Below are positions 48,189 to 63,472 of a stretch of DNA of 64,000 nucleotides, one piece after another. The stretch lies in NCBI RefSeq assembly GCF_009914755.1, contig NC_060930.1; one strand, written 5' to 3'. A program made the translations under genes and the position numbers. Source of the DNA: the human T2T-CHM13v2.0 reference genome, Homo sapiens. Positions within the stretch are counted from its first letter, which is position 1, and every line of letters starts with the position of its first letter. The notes under the pieces are model-generated. The model was not told where the DNA came from and made no database searches. It was given only the letters and a program-made list of their open reading frames with translations.

Positions 48189-49246
48189 GGATGTATTTTC
48201 TTTGCTTCTCATTTGGCATCCAATCACATACTGCTTTGTACTGTTGCTTTACTTGTTATGTGTATAGTTCTTATTTCCTCATGGGAATTGAAGTCATTGC
48301 TTTGAAAGCTAGAAAGTTATTCTCTCTAGAAAGTGATTCTCTACCTCCTTATGTCTGCCCCTAGTGTCTAACACAGTGCTGCGCTCACAGTAGGAGTTTG
48401 CCAAGCATCCAGTGGGAAGTTCTAGCCAGGGAGCATGGGAACTCAAGAACCTTTGGTCAAGGAATGGTCCTCCCCTCACTGTGATGGCCATTGTCTTGAC
48501 AGTGGGTGTAACCTTGGAAGGGAAGAACCTGCAGTAGAGGGGTAGGAAGAGGTCAGGGATTCAGTCAAGTGGTCAAAGGAATCGCCCAAGGATAGGGAGG
48601 TGTCTCCCAGATTACCCTTGCCTCCAGGTTTTCAGGTTATTGATGTTTAACAACAGATCTACTTTTGGTCTATCTTAACTTTCAATGTATATGTTAAAAA
48701 CTGGCCTCCAAATAAGATAATCTAGGGCTCATATGAAATACAGATTTCTGAGTCTACTACTGGGAATTCAGATTCAGTGGTCCTGATGAATGGCTGATGA
48801 TTTATACATTTTTAAGGAGCCCCCCACTCCCACCCTGGGGATTCCGAGTGTTCAGAACACACTTAGAGAAACACTGCTCTTGATCCTGGTTTTCTCTTTC
48901 ATTTGTAGTGTTTATTGATTCAAAAACTCACGTAACAATTAACAAATAAAAATAGAGGGAGAGAAATTCATCTGCAGTATTAGCACTGTAGCACATTCAA
49001 CTTTTGTAAATGTTGGTTCTCAGTCTTTGTCTGGATAATCCTAAGGCCAAGAGGCATATAGCATGTATTTATTCCATTACTTTTTGGATCAGGGAAGAGA
49101 ATATGTTGAATTTATGACTGTTAAGTGTTAAATTGCAACCTTGGATAGCCCATAGTTATAAATTTATTAAAGATTTTGTAAGTCTTCCATACTTGAGGGT
49201 ATGAAACAGACTTTGCATTTGCTAACAATGTATTTTCTCAAACTAG

Positions 49247-49431
49247 ATGCTGATGGAAAGTTAAGCGTGAAATTTGGGGTCCTCTTCCGTGATGATAAAT
49301 GTGCCAACCTCTTTGAAGCATTGGTAGGAACTCTTAAAGCTGCAAAACGAAGGAAGATTGTAACATATCCAGGAGAGCTGCTTCTGCAAGGTGTTCATGA
49401 TGATGTTGACATTATATTACTGCAAGATTAA
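49247..49431 (+). CDS. ABRACL: ABRACL last coding exon (exon 3): (N)ADGKLSVKFGVLFRDDKCANLFEALVGTLKAAKRRKIVTYPGELLLQGVHDDVDIILLQD*
   Basis: Branch point GCTAAC at 49221-49226 and acceptor TAG at 49244-49246. The phase-1 join A|AT gives Asn. 61+185=246 nt, or 81 aa. Costars motif LVGTLKAAKRRKIV.Y.GELLLQG is present. Confidence 0.97.
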
Positions 49432-49617
49432 TGTGGTTTACATATCTTTATGTACTGCCATTTTTTGTTTCTGGTAAACTGGAATATAAAGTGAAAGAAC
49501 AAACATTTGAACATACTTAATGTATTTTTATAGAACTTTGTAAACGAAAGGAGATTCATGTTTTAGAAGTCTGTCCTTTTTTATATCTTGAAAGAAAATC
49601 TATGTATGATGCTATAA

Positions 49618-49623
49618 AATAAA
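49618..49623 (+). terminator. ABRACL: Proximal polyadenylation signal AATAAA
   Basis: AATAAA with upstream TGTA at 49603 and a T-rich run downstream. Confidence 0.55.
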
Positions 49624-49802
49624 TCCTATTATTTTTCTCAGGAATCTGGTTAGGAATTGCAGGCAATGAGATTTTTTGCGGGGCAGGGATGGGAATGTTT
49701 GTTCATAAATAATTAGACATTTTCTATAGATATTTGACATTCTGCGAAAGCAACAAGCAAACTGAAGACCAACTCCTATGAGAAATATTATGATGTTTAT
49801 GT

Positions 49803-49808
49803 AATAAA
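49803..49808 (+). terminator. ABRACL: Distal polyadenylation signal AATAAA
   Basis: AATAAA followed 20-50 nt later by a T/GT-rich element (TTATTTTGTCATTTAAGTATTTGTGTG). Confidence 0.8.
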
Positions 49809-49963
49809 GACATGTAACTGTCTTAAATTTGCCTTATTTTGTCATTTAAGTATTTGTGTGCTTCTCAGAATTGAGTTTTTGCATCAAGATTAGGTAACTG
49901 CAGTAAAAGTTGTGTTACTCTGAAACAAATTCTCTCAAAACTACCAAATTTAAGTAATAGGAA

Positions 49964-50277
<314 letters not shown>

Positions 50278-53200
50278 TTAGTGTTATGGTTAGACCCTAT
50301 ACAAAATATTTATTTTGAGGCTGATTGTGTGCTTATTGCTGAGTTTGGGGACATGCCAAAAAATCTAACCTAAAAACTTCACATTCTAGTTGGGTTACAC
50401 CCATCTGAAACAATATGGGATAATCTCTGATTGCATGTTACAGAATTTAACATGACTTGGAATGCCAAGGAGAATAAAAGCAGTGAAAGCCACAATGGCC
50501 AGGGGAGATAACCTGGAGGGGGCAGAACTTGCATGGAGGAATGATTGCAGCTGATTATCTCGAGGGAAAAAAAGATGGGATGATGAGGGTGATGACTGAA
50601 GGAAAGGCAGAAGGATACACATTGGCAAGGCATGATCTCGTGAAAGGCAGGATATGAGGCCGACCAGAATGCTGGGGAGAGAGGTCGTTCATTGGACAAT
50701 GAAAGTGGGACCTGGGAAACCAGGAAGAGGAATATGAACAGAAACTGGAGCCAGGACATTCCATGATGACAGTGATGTTTAGTGCAGATGGCCCTCACAC
50801 TAGTGATTCAGGTGGATTGTAGAGAGTGAAGAAGTGGTCAGACAAGCCAGCTGAAATGTTGCTCAGGAATCTCATGGGGGTGACCATAACGCAAAGGCGG
50901 GGGAAGAATGAACTCCAAGCATGTTTTTAAAATCAAAGCCCTCTCATCTGTACTCTTTCTGCTGTGACAGGACCCCAATTCAAAGATCAAACATTAGAAT
51001 TCACTGGCACTTGACGGTTATTGCTAACATTTATTGAGCATTTACAATGCCAATTCTCATATAACCCTGTGAGGTAGGTACTAATAGTACCTTCCATTTT
51101 ATAGATGAGGTAAGTGAGGCACAGAAAGGTTAAGTAGCTTGTCCAAGTTCACCTAGGTAGAAAGTTGTAGAGTCTGAATTTTGAAATTGGACTCATCTAA
51201 CTGGCAATTCCAGGGATGGCGTAGACTTTGAGCGTGGCTGGCTCCAGGGACTAAACAATGTCAAAACTCTCTGCCTTTCCATATTGGCTCTCATGCATTC
51301 TCTGGTTTGATCTCTTTCTACTGTAAATAGACTCCCTGCAGATAGCTGGGAAGATGCTGCTAGTAGTTGCAAATTCACTTATTTCTAGATTAGCAATTCT
51401 AGTAGAGGGAGCATTTATTATAATATCTAATTATGAATTCCAAGAAGGAAATTCTGATTGCTTCCACTGCAGTATAAACCTACCCCTTTGACCAATGGCA
51501 TTTACCAAGGAGATGAGACACCATGAACTGACAGGCCACAGGTAACATGCTGGTTTCTCAGTGGGGATGGGGTGAGTTATTGTGCTTCACAACCTCATTT
51601 CAAATAAGAAAAGGGTAGTTTTCCAAAGGAAACGATGTTGGCTACATGGGAACGACATGGGTTCACTGTAGAAATAAGAGACCTTTTGAAGAATGAATCT
51701 TTACAATTATGTGGCAAAAAATGAAAAGGTGAATGAGAAGCGATGGTCAAAAGCTACCATCATATATGCCCTCAGTGACTGAGAGAATGATGAACTAATT
51801 AACAGAGGTGGGAAAATTGGATGGAGAAGGAGGGCTAGTTTCAGGGAGTTTGATCTGGGCATGGTAAACTTGAGGTACTTAAAGTAGAAATGTGTAGTAA
51901 GTAGGTGAGGATTTTCTTCTAGAACCCAGGCTAAGTAAAGGCATAGGAGTGTAGACAGAGACTTGGGAATTACGGTTCATGGTTGATTTTCACCTTAATT
52001 TTGATTTGTATAGATAATTCTACTTCTGACTCTCATTAGCATTAAATTGAAATTTTAATTATCAGGCACTTAGAAAACACAAAAGACAAACAATCTACAG
52101 GCTTTGTAAAAGTCTAGGCTGAGAAATTGAAGCAACCTTTAGATGGAAGCAATGTAGGAAGCCCAAAGACATCTAACAGAATTTTATGAGGCAGCTGACC
52201 TTGTGTAATCAAAAAGAATCTTAAAAAATCTATAGAAGTTGAAATTGTTAATCTGTCATGATTTGTTTAATGTCTTCTTGGCGAGCATCAAATGAAGTTT
52301 AGTTTTAACCCTTGATGATTTAACATTTAATGAACATCTTCCAGAAAAGGTATATTCATGTGATTGTTCAGTTATTGTAAGAAAACTGACAGAATATCAT
52401 TTCTATCTACCATTGATATCCACGATACAGTTTTATGTATTTTCCTTTAGATTCAAGATGGTTAGTTCTTTGTATCAACTTCACATATACATAGTTGTTT
52501 TATTGGATCATGGTCTTAAAATTTTAAATCATAGATTTGATTTTTTTGAGCTATATTCACAGTGAAAATACTCTTTCTTGGCCATAAGCTGCATTGCAGT
52601 TAATTATCTCAGTAATAAGTGCCATTGGCTACAGTTGGCTGGGAATTAGAGATTATCAACAGTTGTATACCAACATTCCTTTATTCACGCAATGAAAATA
52701 TGAAACCTCTACTTTGTTCAAGTCACTGTTCTAGGCGTTAGGAAGGACTAAAGCAAAGCAAAATAAGAATAAACAAAATTCTATTCTAGTCCTCAAAAAA
52801 CCCCAATTAGTACTATATATTATTAATAAACAGTATAAAAGAAGCTTTGGGTAAATGATATAGAGATATGGGTGCAAAGATAAAGAATCATTCCTGAGGG
52901 GACCTGGAGGGCTTTCATGGATAAAGTGACATTTCCTGGGGCTTTAAAGCAATAGAATAATAGGGTAGGACTTTAGGGGTAGAGTCGCTACTGCATACAA
53001 AGTCAGAGAAAGGCAAGTAATTTGAGGTACAGAAAGAAAGTAGTGTAACAACAGTTGAGGCCAGAAAGGAAGGTTGGGACATTATTTTGAACCTTTAGGA
53101 CAGAAGAAACAATTCTAAGTGTATGTCTTAATAATGGTGAGTTACAAAGAACTGTAAAAAAACTTACATAAAATATTTGATAAGTACCACTAATTATAAA

Positions 53201-53418
53201 GAAACTTTAATTTTTAAGTTCTGTAACATTGCCATTTTGTGTATTGAGATTAAATAAGACAATCTATAATTATAGCTTATCATCTTCATAGTGAATGACT
53301 GTTCATTGAAAACTGATTAAAGTTACCACGTTTGCAGTCTTGAATTTTCTTAAGTTTCTGTCATAGAAAGTCCAAGCATACCCTAGTGTCCTGGAGTTAC
53401 AATTTAAAAATAAGTTAC

Positions 53419-53998
<580 letters not shown>

Positions 53999-55077
53999 TT
54001 AATTAAATAAATTACAGACCAGGTAACTTAATATATTGATGCAATTGTCTTTTCATTCCATCAGCTGATAGTTGTCCATATACCATTACAATAGCCAAAA
54101 TTAGAAAAGAGGAGTGGGGCAAGTGATTGAGCAGGGTTGAAAAGGTGGAATAGATTAGATAATTTCCAAACTGGATAAACTGAGGCTCCAACAAATGCCT
54201 ATTTAACATAATTTAAAGATGTCTGACGTTGTTATCTCATTTTCAGTACAATGGCTGAGTCACTGAAGCTACCATGGCAAAAGGTAAAATTAACTTTTGA
54301 AAAGAAATTATTTCAGAATCTAGGATTCTACCATCAACAGCAGTTATAACATTTACGAGTCAGCAAAAAAAAAAAAGTTACAGAAATGTGGATTTGAGGA
54401 ATTTGTCGTAAGGAAACACTGACATCCCAGAGTTCCCTAGTGTCTGAGCACAATTCCTACAATTCCAGACAATAAGGAGGAACAGTTCAATGAACTGACA
54501 GACAAAATACAAACATGTCATGGCAAAGGAACAAGCTGGCTTCTCTGTGGCATGAGGCATTGGACTCATTATAGCCTCATAAATCTAGAAAAAGTCAAGA
54601 GAAATGCGTGTACCTTTAATTTATTTATAGGCAAATAATCTCTGGGTTTCCACTTTCTTAAAAAAGGTTATAAATAACTCTTCAAAGGAAACCAGCTCCT
54701 CAGAAGCCTTTTATGATGAGAAATCTGAAACAACCAGACTTTTCTGGAAGGCTGATCTATCTGAAAATTCCTCTACTGTTGTTTTTATCTCTAGCAGCCT
54801 CAACAAAAGGTTCCTTAAAGAATAATTCTTTTTTGTAGTCCTCCTTTTATTGAACGTTTTAGTTAGACACTTTGGGCTAGAAGGAATGGAGATTCACTTA
54901 GCCAGGTAAAAGGGTTTAACCGTCAGGATGTATACGGGGCAACTAGGAAGATATGGGACTCCATTGAAAGCCAACAGAGGACCCTTTACCATGATGGGAC
55001 CTCTACAGACTGAGGGCTCTTAACCAGAACGTGTCCGAATGGCTTTTGTAGCTCTTTCAACATCTAAATACTCTGGC

Positions 55078-55390
55078 AGCTGGGTGTGTTCACTTACGCC
55101 TGTAATCCCAGCACTTTGGGAGGCCGAGGTGGGAGGATTGCCTGAGGTCAGGAGTTCCAGACCAGTCTGGCTAACATGGTGAAACCCCATCTCTACTAAA
55201 AATACAAAAATTAGCCGGGCATAGTGGCACATGCCTGTAATCCCAGCTACTCAGGAGGCTGAGGCAGGAGAATCACTTCATCTTGGGAGGTGGAAGTTGC
55301 AGTGAGCTGAGATCACGCCACTGCACTCCAGCCTGGGTGACAAAGCCAGACTACATCTCAAAAAAAATAAAAAAATAAAAATAAATATAA
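55078..55390 (+). mobile_element. Alu (AluS-like), within a MER5-like fragment
   Basis: Sense dimer. The flank shows GAGATTCTAATTTAGTAGATCTGGATGGGGCCCAAG. Confidence 0.92.
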
Positions 55391-55563
55391 ATGAATGAAT
55401 GAATAGTCTGGAGATTCTAATTTAGTAGATCTGGATGGGGCCCAAGCATTTCCATGAAGAGTTTCCCAGGCTGATTCTGATGGGCAGCTCTGGTGAAGAA
55501 CCAGCCTTTACTGCACTGGGGCCTCCTGGTTAACACCACTCTGTTGTTTTCACAGATCAAGTT

Positions 55564-55928
55564 TGATATGGTTTGGCTGTGTTCCCACCCAAATCTCATC
55601 TTGAATTGTAGCTCCCATGATTCCCACGTGTTGTGGGAGGGACCCAGTGGGAGATAATTGAATCATGGGGGCGGTTTTCCCCCATACTGTTCTTGTGATA
55701 GTGAGTAAGATTCATGAGATCTGATGGTTTTATAAGGGGAAACTCCTTTTGCTTGCTTCTCATTCTCTTTTTTGCCTGCTGCCATGTAAGACGTGCCTTT
55801 CACCTTCTACCATGACTGTAAGGCCTCCCCTGCCACGTGGAACTGTGAGTCCATTAAACCTCTTTTTCTTTATAAATTACCCAGTCTCAGGCATGTCTTT
55901 ATCAGCAGTGTAAAAATGGACTAAAACA
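55564..55928 (+). mobile_element. THE1B-like solo LTR
   Basis: TGATATGGTTTGGCTGTGTTCCCACCCAAATCTCATCTTGAATTGTAGCTCCCA...TTTATCAGCAGTGTAAAAATGGACTAAAACA; near-TSD AAGTT/CAGTT. Confidence 0.94.
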
Positions 55929-56520
55929 CAGTTCTTTCTGTTTGCTTCTCTTTATGTTTCTAATTAGCTTCCTCAACCTCTATCTTTTCTCTAATTCATA
56001 GCTTCTATTTAATCTTTGGTTTGTTCCCGCATTATTTTGATTTATTGGTGCTGGTTCTTGCTGCTAGTGGTCTTAAACTGTACAAGGTATGAATTCAAAT
56101 AGATAGAAAAATCCTGAGTAGCTCAGTTTGTCCCTAGTTGATAACTTTATGCTCCAAGCCACCTCATAGGTCATTGATCAGCCCGGGATTGGCTGGGTCG
56201 GCTGCCTACCCCTGGTCCAATCAGTTATGGCTGTGGTTAGGGGAGAGAAGAGCTGGGCAAATGGCTGTCTAGCGTTCCTGCAACAGGATCAGGGAGCTGA
56301 GCTGCCTCTGCAGTGCCTATAGATCCGGCAGGCATTGTGATTGCATTCTAACAAGCCTCTTCTCAGACGTTCTCCGGGATTTATGGTAGAATATGAAGAC
56401 AGTAACTTTCAATTTGGAAGATATGATCACCCTTTTTAAACATAAAAAATGTCACCCCCACCTGTTTGTTGTACTTGCAGTATCTATGATGAATAAAATA
56501 CATAATATAATAATACATAG

Positions 56521-56885
<365 letters not shown>

Positions 56886-56999
56886 TAGCAAAGGTTTTAC
56901 ATGAGTTACTAATCATAAAGTTAATACTTATACTTTAAAGATAATAATACATTTATTTATGTATAAAAGGTACATTATTTATTCAATCTACAGAAAATG

Positions 57000-57920
57000 T
57001 ATAAACCAAAAATAAAATCCTAAACCCCCTACTGACCTAATGAATTCCATTTTGGGAAGACCTCAGAAAAAACTTAAAAAGTGAGTTCCCAGCATGTCAG
57101 GACAGGAGGTCAGACACACCCCATTATGCCTTCCTATTATGTTGTGTCTAAACTCCTAAAGAGTTTGGACACAACAACTTGCCAGCATTAATGTTATAGT
57201 AGAGATCATAAGTCTGACAGAACACTCTTTGTGGCAATAAGATACCAAATTATAAACAAGAGGCCATGCTAGGCAAGGGTTAAGTCATGCACTCTTGCAT
57301 TTAAAGAATAACTATGTTCTAACATCCAGGAGGCTTTTCTTCTTCTCTCAGCTAAAGGAGCACTGGCCTTGAGAGACACAATGTTATAACAATTTGCAGC
57401 TCCACCAGATGCTGACTAACTGACCCCCAACCCTTTTCCCACAAGCCATAACTACATCTTTGATTGGGCAAGAGACCGATTTCAGTAACTTTGTCCTGAT
57501 AAGACCACTGACCGTGGACTGATTCTGGCCAGTTTACAGAGGCTGCACACTTGTGTCTTTGTGTCTTGAAGAGAGCAAAATTATGTCCTGAAAAGACACA
57601 ATTCGGACTAATTGTAATGCATTTAAATGTTTTGTCTCCACCCGCAGGTGAACCTGGGTCGTGTGTAACATGCATGTTTGTTCCCTAGCCTGCATCAGGA
57701 CCACCTTCATGAATATCCATAGCTCCTGTTGAATATGTATGTTTAGCTAACTCATTCATCATATATCTTCTACCCCAATCCCTTCTCCTTCAAAGTGCCT
57801 GTCTTTGGTGTAGCCCTCCCAGCTTGCCAGATGGCCACCTTGCAGGTTGTAACCCTTTATAAGAAATAAAGTCTCCTTTTCCAAATTTATAGATCTTGTG
57901 ATTTTTTTTTTAAGTTAATA
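57000..57920 (+). mobile_element. MER4-family ERV1 solo LTR
   Basis: TAAACCAAAAATAAAATCCTAA start; GATAAGACCACTGACCGTGGACTGATTCTGGCCAGTTTACAGAGGCTG; AAGAAATAAAGTCTCC near the end. Confidence 0.8.
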
Positions 57921-58569
57921 ATGCTTGGTACACATAGGGTTTCCTGGATTCCTTGAAATAACTCTGTTTCCTTAGGGTGCTTTGTCCGCGGGTTATGAAT
58001 GCTTTTGTGGTACAATAAACACACTGCCTAGATCATGAACGCCTGCATTTGAGCCTAAGGGTCTACTACTCATTTCAGTTCTCAGAACCCGTGGTTGTTC
58101 TACATTTCCTCCCCTTGAATCTGGGCAGACTTATGACTGATTCAACAAGTAGAATACAGTGGAATGATCCTAATGATTTCTGAGGCTGAGGCATAAATCG
58201 CTATAGAGTAACTATCTGGCACATGTAACATAATGTTGAGAGAGAGGGAGGACCTTGGGGATGATTTGATCAAGCAAGTCAATGATGTTGCCCCTAAATC
58301 CTGATTTCCTTCTTTCTCCATTCTGCCATCTGTAATATGTTTTATTTATTTCTTTCTAAGTCTGGCTTTCTTCCTAAGTCTGGCTTCCTTCCTGGTCAAA
58401 AAATAGCTGCCAACAACTTCTGGGGTAGCATGACTCCTTGGAAAAAGAGGGAGAGAGGGAAAGAGATTTGAGAAAGAAAGGAAAGCTCTAGGAGGAAAAG
58501 TAGCCATCATAGATTAATCCATTGTCAACTACCTTCCAGTGCTGATGCTGATAAGTCAGGTAGCATTCT

Positions 58570-60000
58570 GATCCCTAATCATTTTTATGTGACTTTTTAA
58601 AATTGTGGGAATTTTTGGAATCTTTTAATCCCTAGGTCCTAATGTTCTGCCATATTAAACCTGGGCATTCATTGTTTTTTATCTTTTATTTATATGGAAA
58701 CTTATGTTCTTTAGTTTAGGGATGTTTTCTTATGTTATTTCCTTGATAATTTATTTCTCTCCATTTTCTTCTTCTTTTTTCTTCTCCCTGGAACTCTTAA
58801 TAGTTGGATGTTGGCACTTCTGAATTGGTATTTTAATATTCTAAGTTTTCCCTCTTGTCTTTTGTGGGGTTTTTTGTTCTTTTTTTCTGAGAAATTTACT
58901 TTGCTTTCTTGTTAAAAATTAAGAGTTAATTCCATTTTTGAATTTTAATTTCCATCACTTTTATTAAAGGATAGCATTCTGTTCCTGTTTCATGAATATG
59001 ACACTTTTGTTTCATCTCCCTGAGGATGTTAATCATGACTTCATTGATGTTTTCTACTGCCTCCTGTCTGTTCAAATGAAGTCCTTTTTTGTCAATTTAT
59101 TTGTTTGTATCTCTATTTTTGTGTGTTTATGCTGAATGTTTCCTCAAATATCTAGAGATCTTTGGCTATCTCTTCATATATAACAGTGAGTCACTGGGAA
59201 ACTGATCCGAGGCTCTGTATTGGTGGCCAGATTTTGCCAACAGATACTAGTGAGCTTTGTTATATGGTAGTCAGTTGGTAAGCAAGCTTTTCATTGTGAA
59301 AATTCCAAACATCAAAATTGTAGGGTTTTGGGGTTGTTTCCGAAGAGCTCTGCTAATTTCTGCTTGGGTATATCTCGTGGGTGCAGGCATTCTGGAAGCA
59401 GGGGAAGAAACTGGAGCCCTACCGTTCAATCAACAAAATGTATTCACTTCTCTCTTTTCAGCTTTGCTTCCCACACTTGCTGTCTACTGTGCCTGGGATC
59501 CTCTGGTATGGAAATACTTTCTCTCCATTTTTTTGGAGACCTTGATCTCTGTGTGTAGTCAGGAGGAGGAGGAGTTACTTGAATTCAAGGGAAGGGTAAT
59601 GGGACCGGGGGCAGGTCTAACAATGTAGTGTACAGATGAGCAACCAACCCCCTAATTCCAATCACATATCTTTTTCCTGCCTTGAGAGTTCCCTGAAAAT
59701 ACCAGGTATACAAGGGTTCTGAGCCTCACTAGGCATCTGTGAGGGTAGATTGGCTCAATTCCTACTGGTATCCCTACCCATAGGTGCTTAGGTGGCAGCT
59801 TTCTTAAGTCTATTCCTACTCTACTGTCTGCTTTCCTAACTTCAAAAGATTATTGATGTTGCTCATCAGCTATTGTCGCCTCTCATATTTTCTTTGTCCT
59901 TGTGAATTTGTGACTTTCTTCATGTATTTGCTGCATTTAAAAATGGTTCAGGAGAAACAGAATATTAAAGTGCTAATTGATTTGCCATACTTATCTGGAA
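58570..60000 (-). mobile_element. Very old L1-like fragments
   Basis: T-rich degenerate sequence resembling antisense L1M (TTATTTCCTTGATAATTT, TCCCTGGAACTCTTAATAGTTGGATGTTGG). The family is uncertain. Confidence 0.45.
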
Positions 60001-62815
60001 AACCTCTCCTTTTTGCAGTCCAAAATGTTTTCTCTAATTTTTTTGCTCTTAGATTCCCAGATCGCAAATGCAGGCAATCCAGAGTTCATTTTTAGCTCAC
60101 TTTGTCATCATCGGTGGTGGAGATCACTGTCATGTGACTCTCCAGCATACTAAACATCTATAGCCCTCTCAAGGCAAGCTCTGCCTGACTTCTGCTGTCT
60201 CTCAATCCTTCAGCATCTAGGGCATCCTGGCAGAGAGGAGGATCAAGAAAGAAGGTATAGTGTGCCAGGAGAAACCCAGGAAGATCTCGTCACTGGGAAA
60301 TGTGGGATTTAGGCCACTGGAAAATATAACCTAGGCTCCTTATGTTTTATTTCACATGAGTGTGTTCTGAAGAAACAGAAGAGGACATGTAGGAAGAAAA
60401 GGTGAAGAAACTGCACATCATAGCAGAAAATGATAGATCTTGGAAAGTTTTTTAAAAATGGGAATAAAAACACAAGATAATTATTTGGGGGAGGATCACA
60501 GAATTTATTGGAACAGTTTATCTTATTGCCATACAATTCAATATCAATTATGTGTCTCCTAAAATAGGTACCAAATTAACTTTGAGGAATGCACTATTTG
60601 ATTAGAATAGTAAACAGTCTACACGTATATTCAATATTTATTGTCTGTTGATGTTGTAATCTGCAGAAAAGGAGCTTATTGACAGCTGGCTGCAGAGAGA
60701 AGCAAGGAGTATTATTACAAAGGGCCCTGATAACGATGAAATATTTTTGGAGCTGGAGTCAACTACAGAGCTTAGGACTCTCCATACCAGCCAGGAAGCA
60801 TTGAGCAGATCAAGAAAATAGATCTTTTGCTTGGAATGGTGGATAAAGCTAATAACCGCTAAGTCTTGGTCTCTTCTTATCTGTAATGTGGAGGAAATAA
60901 TTATTCCTAACTCTTAGGATTATTGTGGGGATTAAACGTCTGAAATATAGTAATTGCTCAATAAATGTTAGTTGTTATTATTATTTCTTTTGGTAGGAAA
61001 ATTGTTGCTGGAGTTGTAATTGTTACCATTATTTGTTTCATGAAGTTCTGAAGATAACCTGGGCCTTGAGAGCGACTTACAATCAATGGAGGAGGTAGTC
61101 ACTGGCCAAGGTGTAACTACATCTGCCTTCAAGGGGAGGAAACGAAGGTTACTGAAAGTTATGGGACTAAATTCAGAGACACATTTACAATTGTTAGCTT
61201 CTCCTCTGGTGGATTTTTGTTTGAAGGCCAAATCTCTGTCTCTCATAACTCACTGTACTTTTGTCTATCCTACAAAGACTGTTTACTGATGACCCTCCAA
61301 TGACTACAGCAGCACTAGAAATACTAGGTGCTTAATAAATAGTTGTTGAATGAATGGATGAATGAACGGATGGATGGATGAATGAATGAGGCAGAAGAGT
61401 TTGTTTGCTGTGGTTGCTGTTTTGCTCATCAGAAGTTCATGTGCCATGGTTACTTACAGCTTGAAATAACAAGAATATGGGTTGGCAATTATTTTTCTTT
61501 GATTGGGGGTGTTCTGTAGTTTTTTAAAAATTGTTAGTGTTTTGGCAGCTTTTATCATACAATGTTTGGATAATAAATGACTACTTTGTTGCAGAAAGGT
61601 AACACGTCTCCTATATTTTATGAAATAACAAACCTTTCATCTCATTGCTGAATTTTTAGAGCAATGTTTTATAATTAGAAAAATAAAAATAAACCTTTGC
61701 CAAAAGTGAAAAGTTTGGGGATGAATAAAGAACAATCTAGTCTTAGGTATGTGCGAATCAGGGAACAAGAGCCATACACACACAGGAGTTTGCTGCAGGG
61801 GGAGAAAGGGTGGTAGCTGTTCTCCCAGAGAGCTGTAGCTGATAGGGTTTCCAGCACGGACAGGTCTGGCTGATGAAGCTGTTGTTGAATAGAACATTCC
61901 CCAGGTAATTAAAGAATAAGAGTAAGAAATGGAAGATTTTGATAAAGGTGGAAGTTTAGAGAGGCCTCAAACTGTGGGTTGAGAGAGACTAGATAACAAA
62001 GAGAAAATTAGACAGTGAATTAAGAAAGGGGAGTTTATGTAGTAGGTTTGGAGCAGAGATATCAATAAAGGAGGAATGCGGCAGCAAGTGGCCTCAAGGA
62101 AGCGTTAGTTTGCATATTCTAGGTTAGTGCCATGGTTTTCAAAATGGGGTCCACCGTAGGGTCCTCTTGAGGAGCTCAAAACTGATCGAAACATGCCAGC
62201 TATTTTTTTGGTGCTTAGGTACAAGTGACTTTCATCTTACTTAGGGGTAAGAGGCGCTCACTAGTAACCTACTAAGAAAGCTAAGGGTTGCTAAACATAG
62301 CTATTTATAAACTAAAAGTAATGTACTATTAGAGTTGATGAAAAATTGAATTCAGTAGTCTACTGACAAGTCTGGTTGACTCCCAATACCACATGTGTAT
62401 ATGTTGTGGAGCTTGTATTGCATATGCACATGATGATGGTTGGAATTCTTAGAGTTTTTTGAAAGGATTCTTTGTTAACAGTGTATCATCATCGTTTTCT
62501 TGAATTGGTCATGATTTTCAGCTGCTACCATTCTGGCTATTTAGTGACTAACTGAATTTAGCTTTGTTACTTAAATTTGTTGGTTGGTTGATTAGACATT
62601 TGCAAGTAGTGACATATATTTGTAGCAGTGCTATTTGGGGCTTAATTTTTCCCAAAACTAGAACTCGAGATGTAGATAATTCATACTCTATTGCTAGAGT
62701 AGCTGTACAGAGAAAACCCACTGTGTTTGCTTATAGAGTGATGGCTTACTTTTATCACTCAGTTCTTTCTCTTACTGAAAATCAGACTTGGTAGAGCATG
62801 GAGTCATTTTCCTTA

Positions 62816-63472
<657 letters not shown>

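Noticed and set aside
49201-49246. In-frame intronic ATGs giving a 76-aa alternative ABRACL
   Set aside because: The segment is the branch point and pyrimidine tract of the acceptor, no promoter is evident, and the product would lack the conserved first helix.
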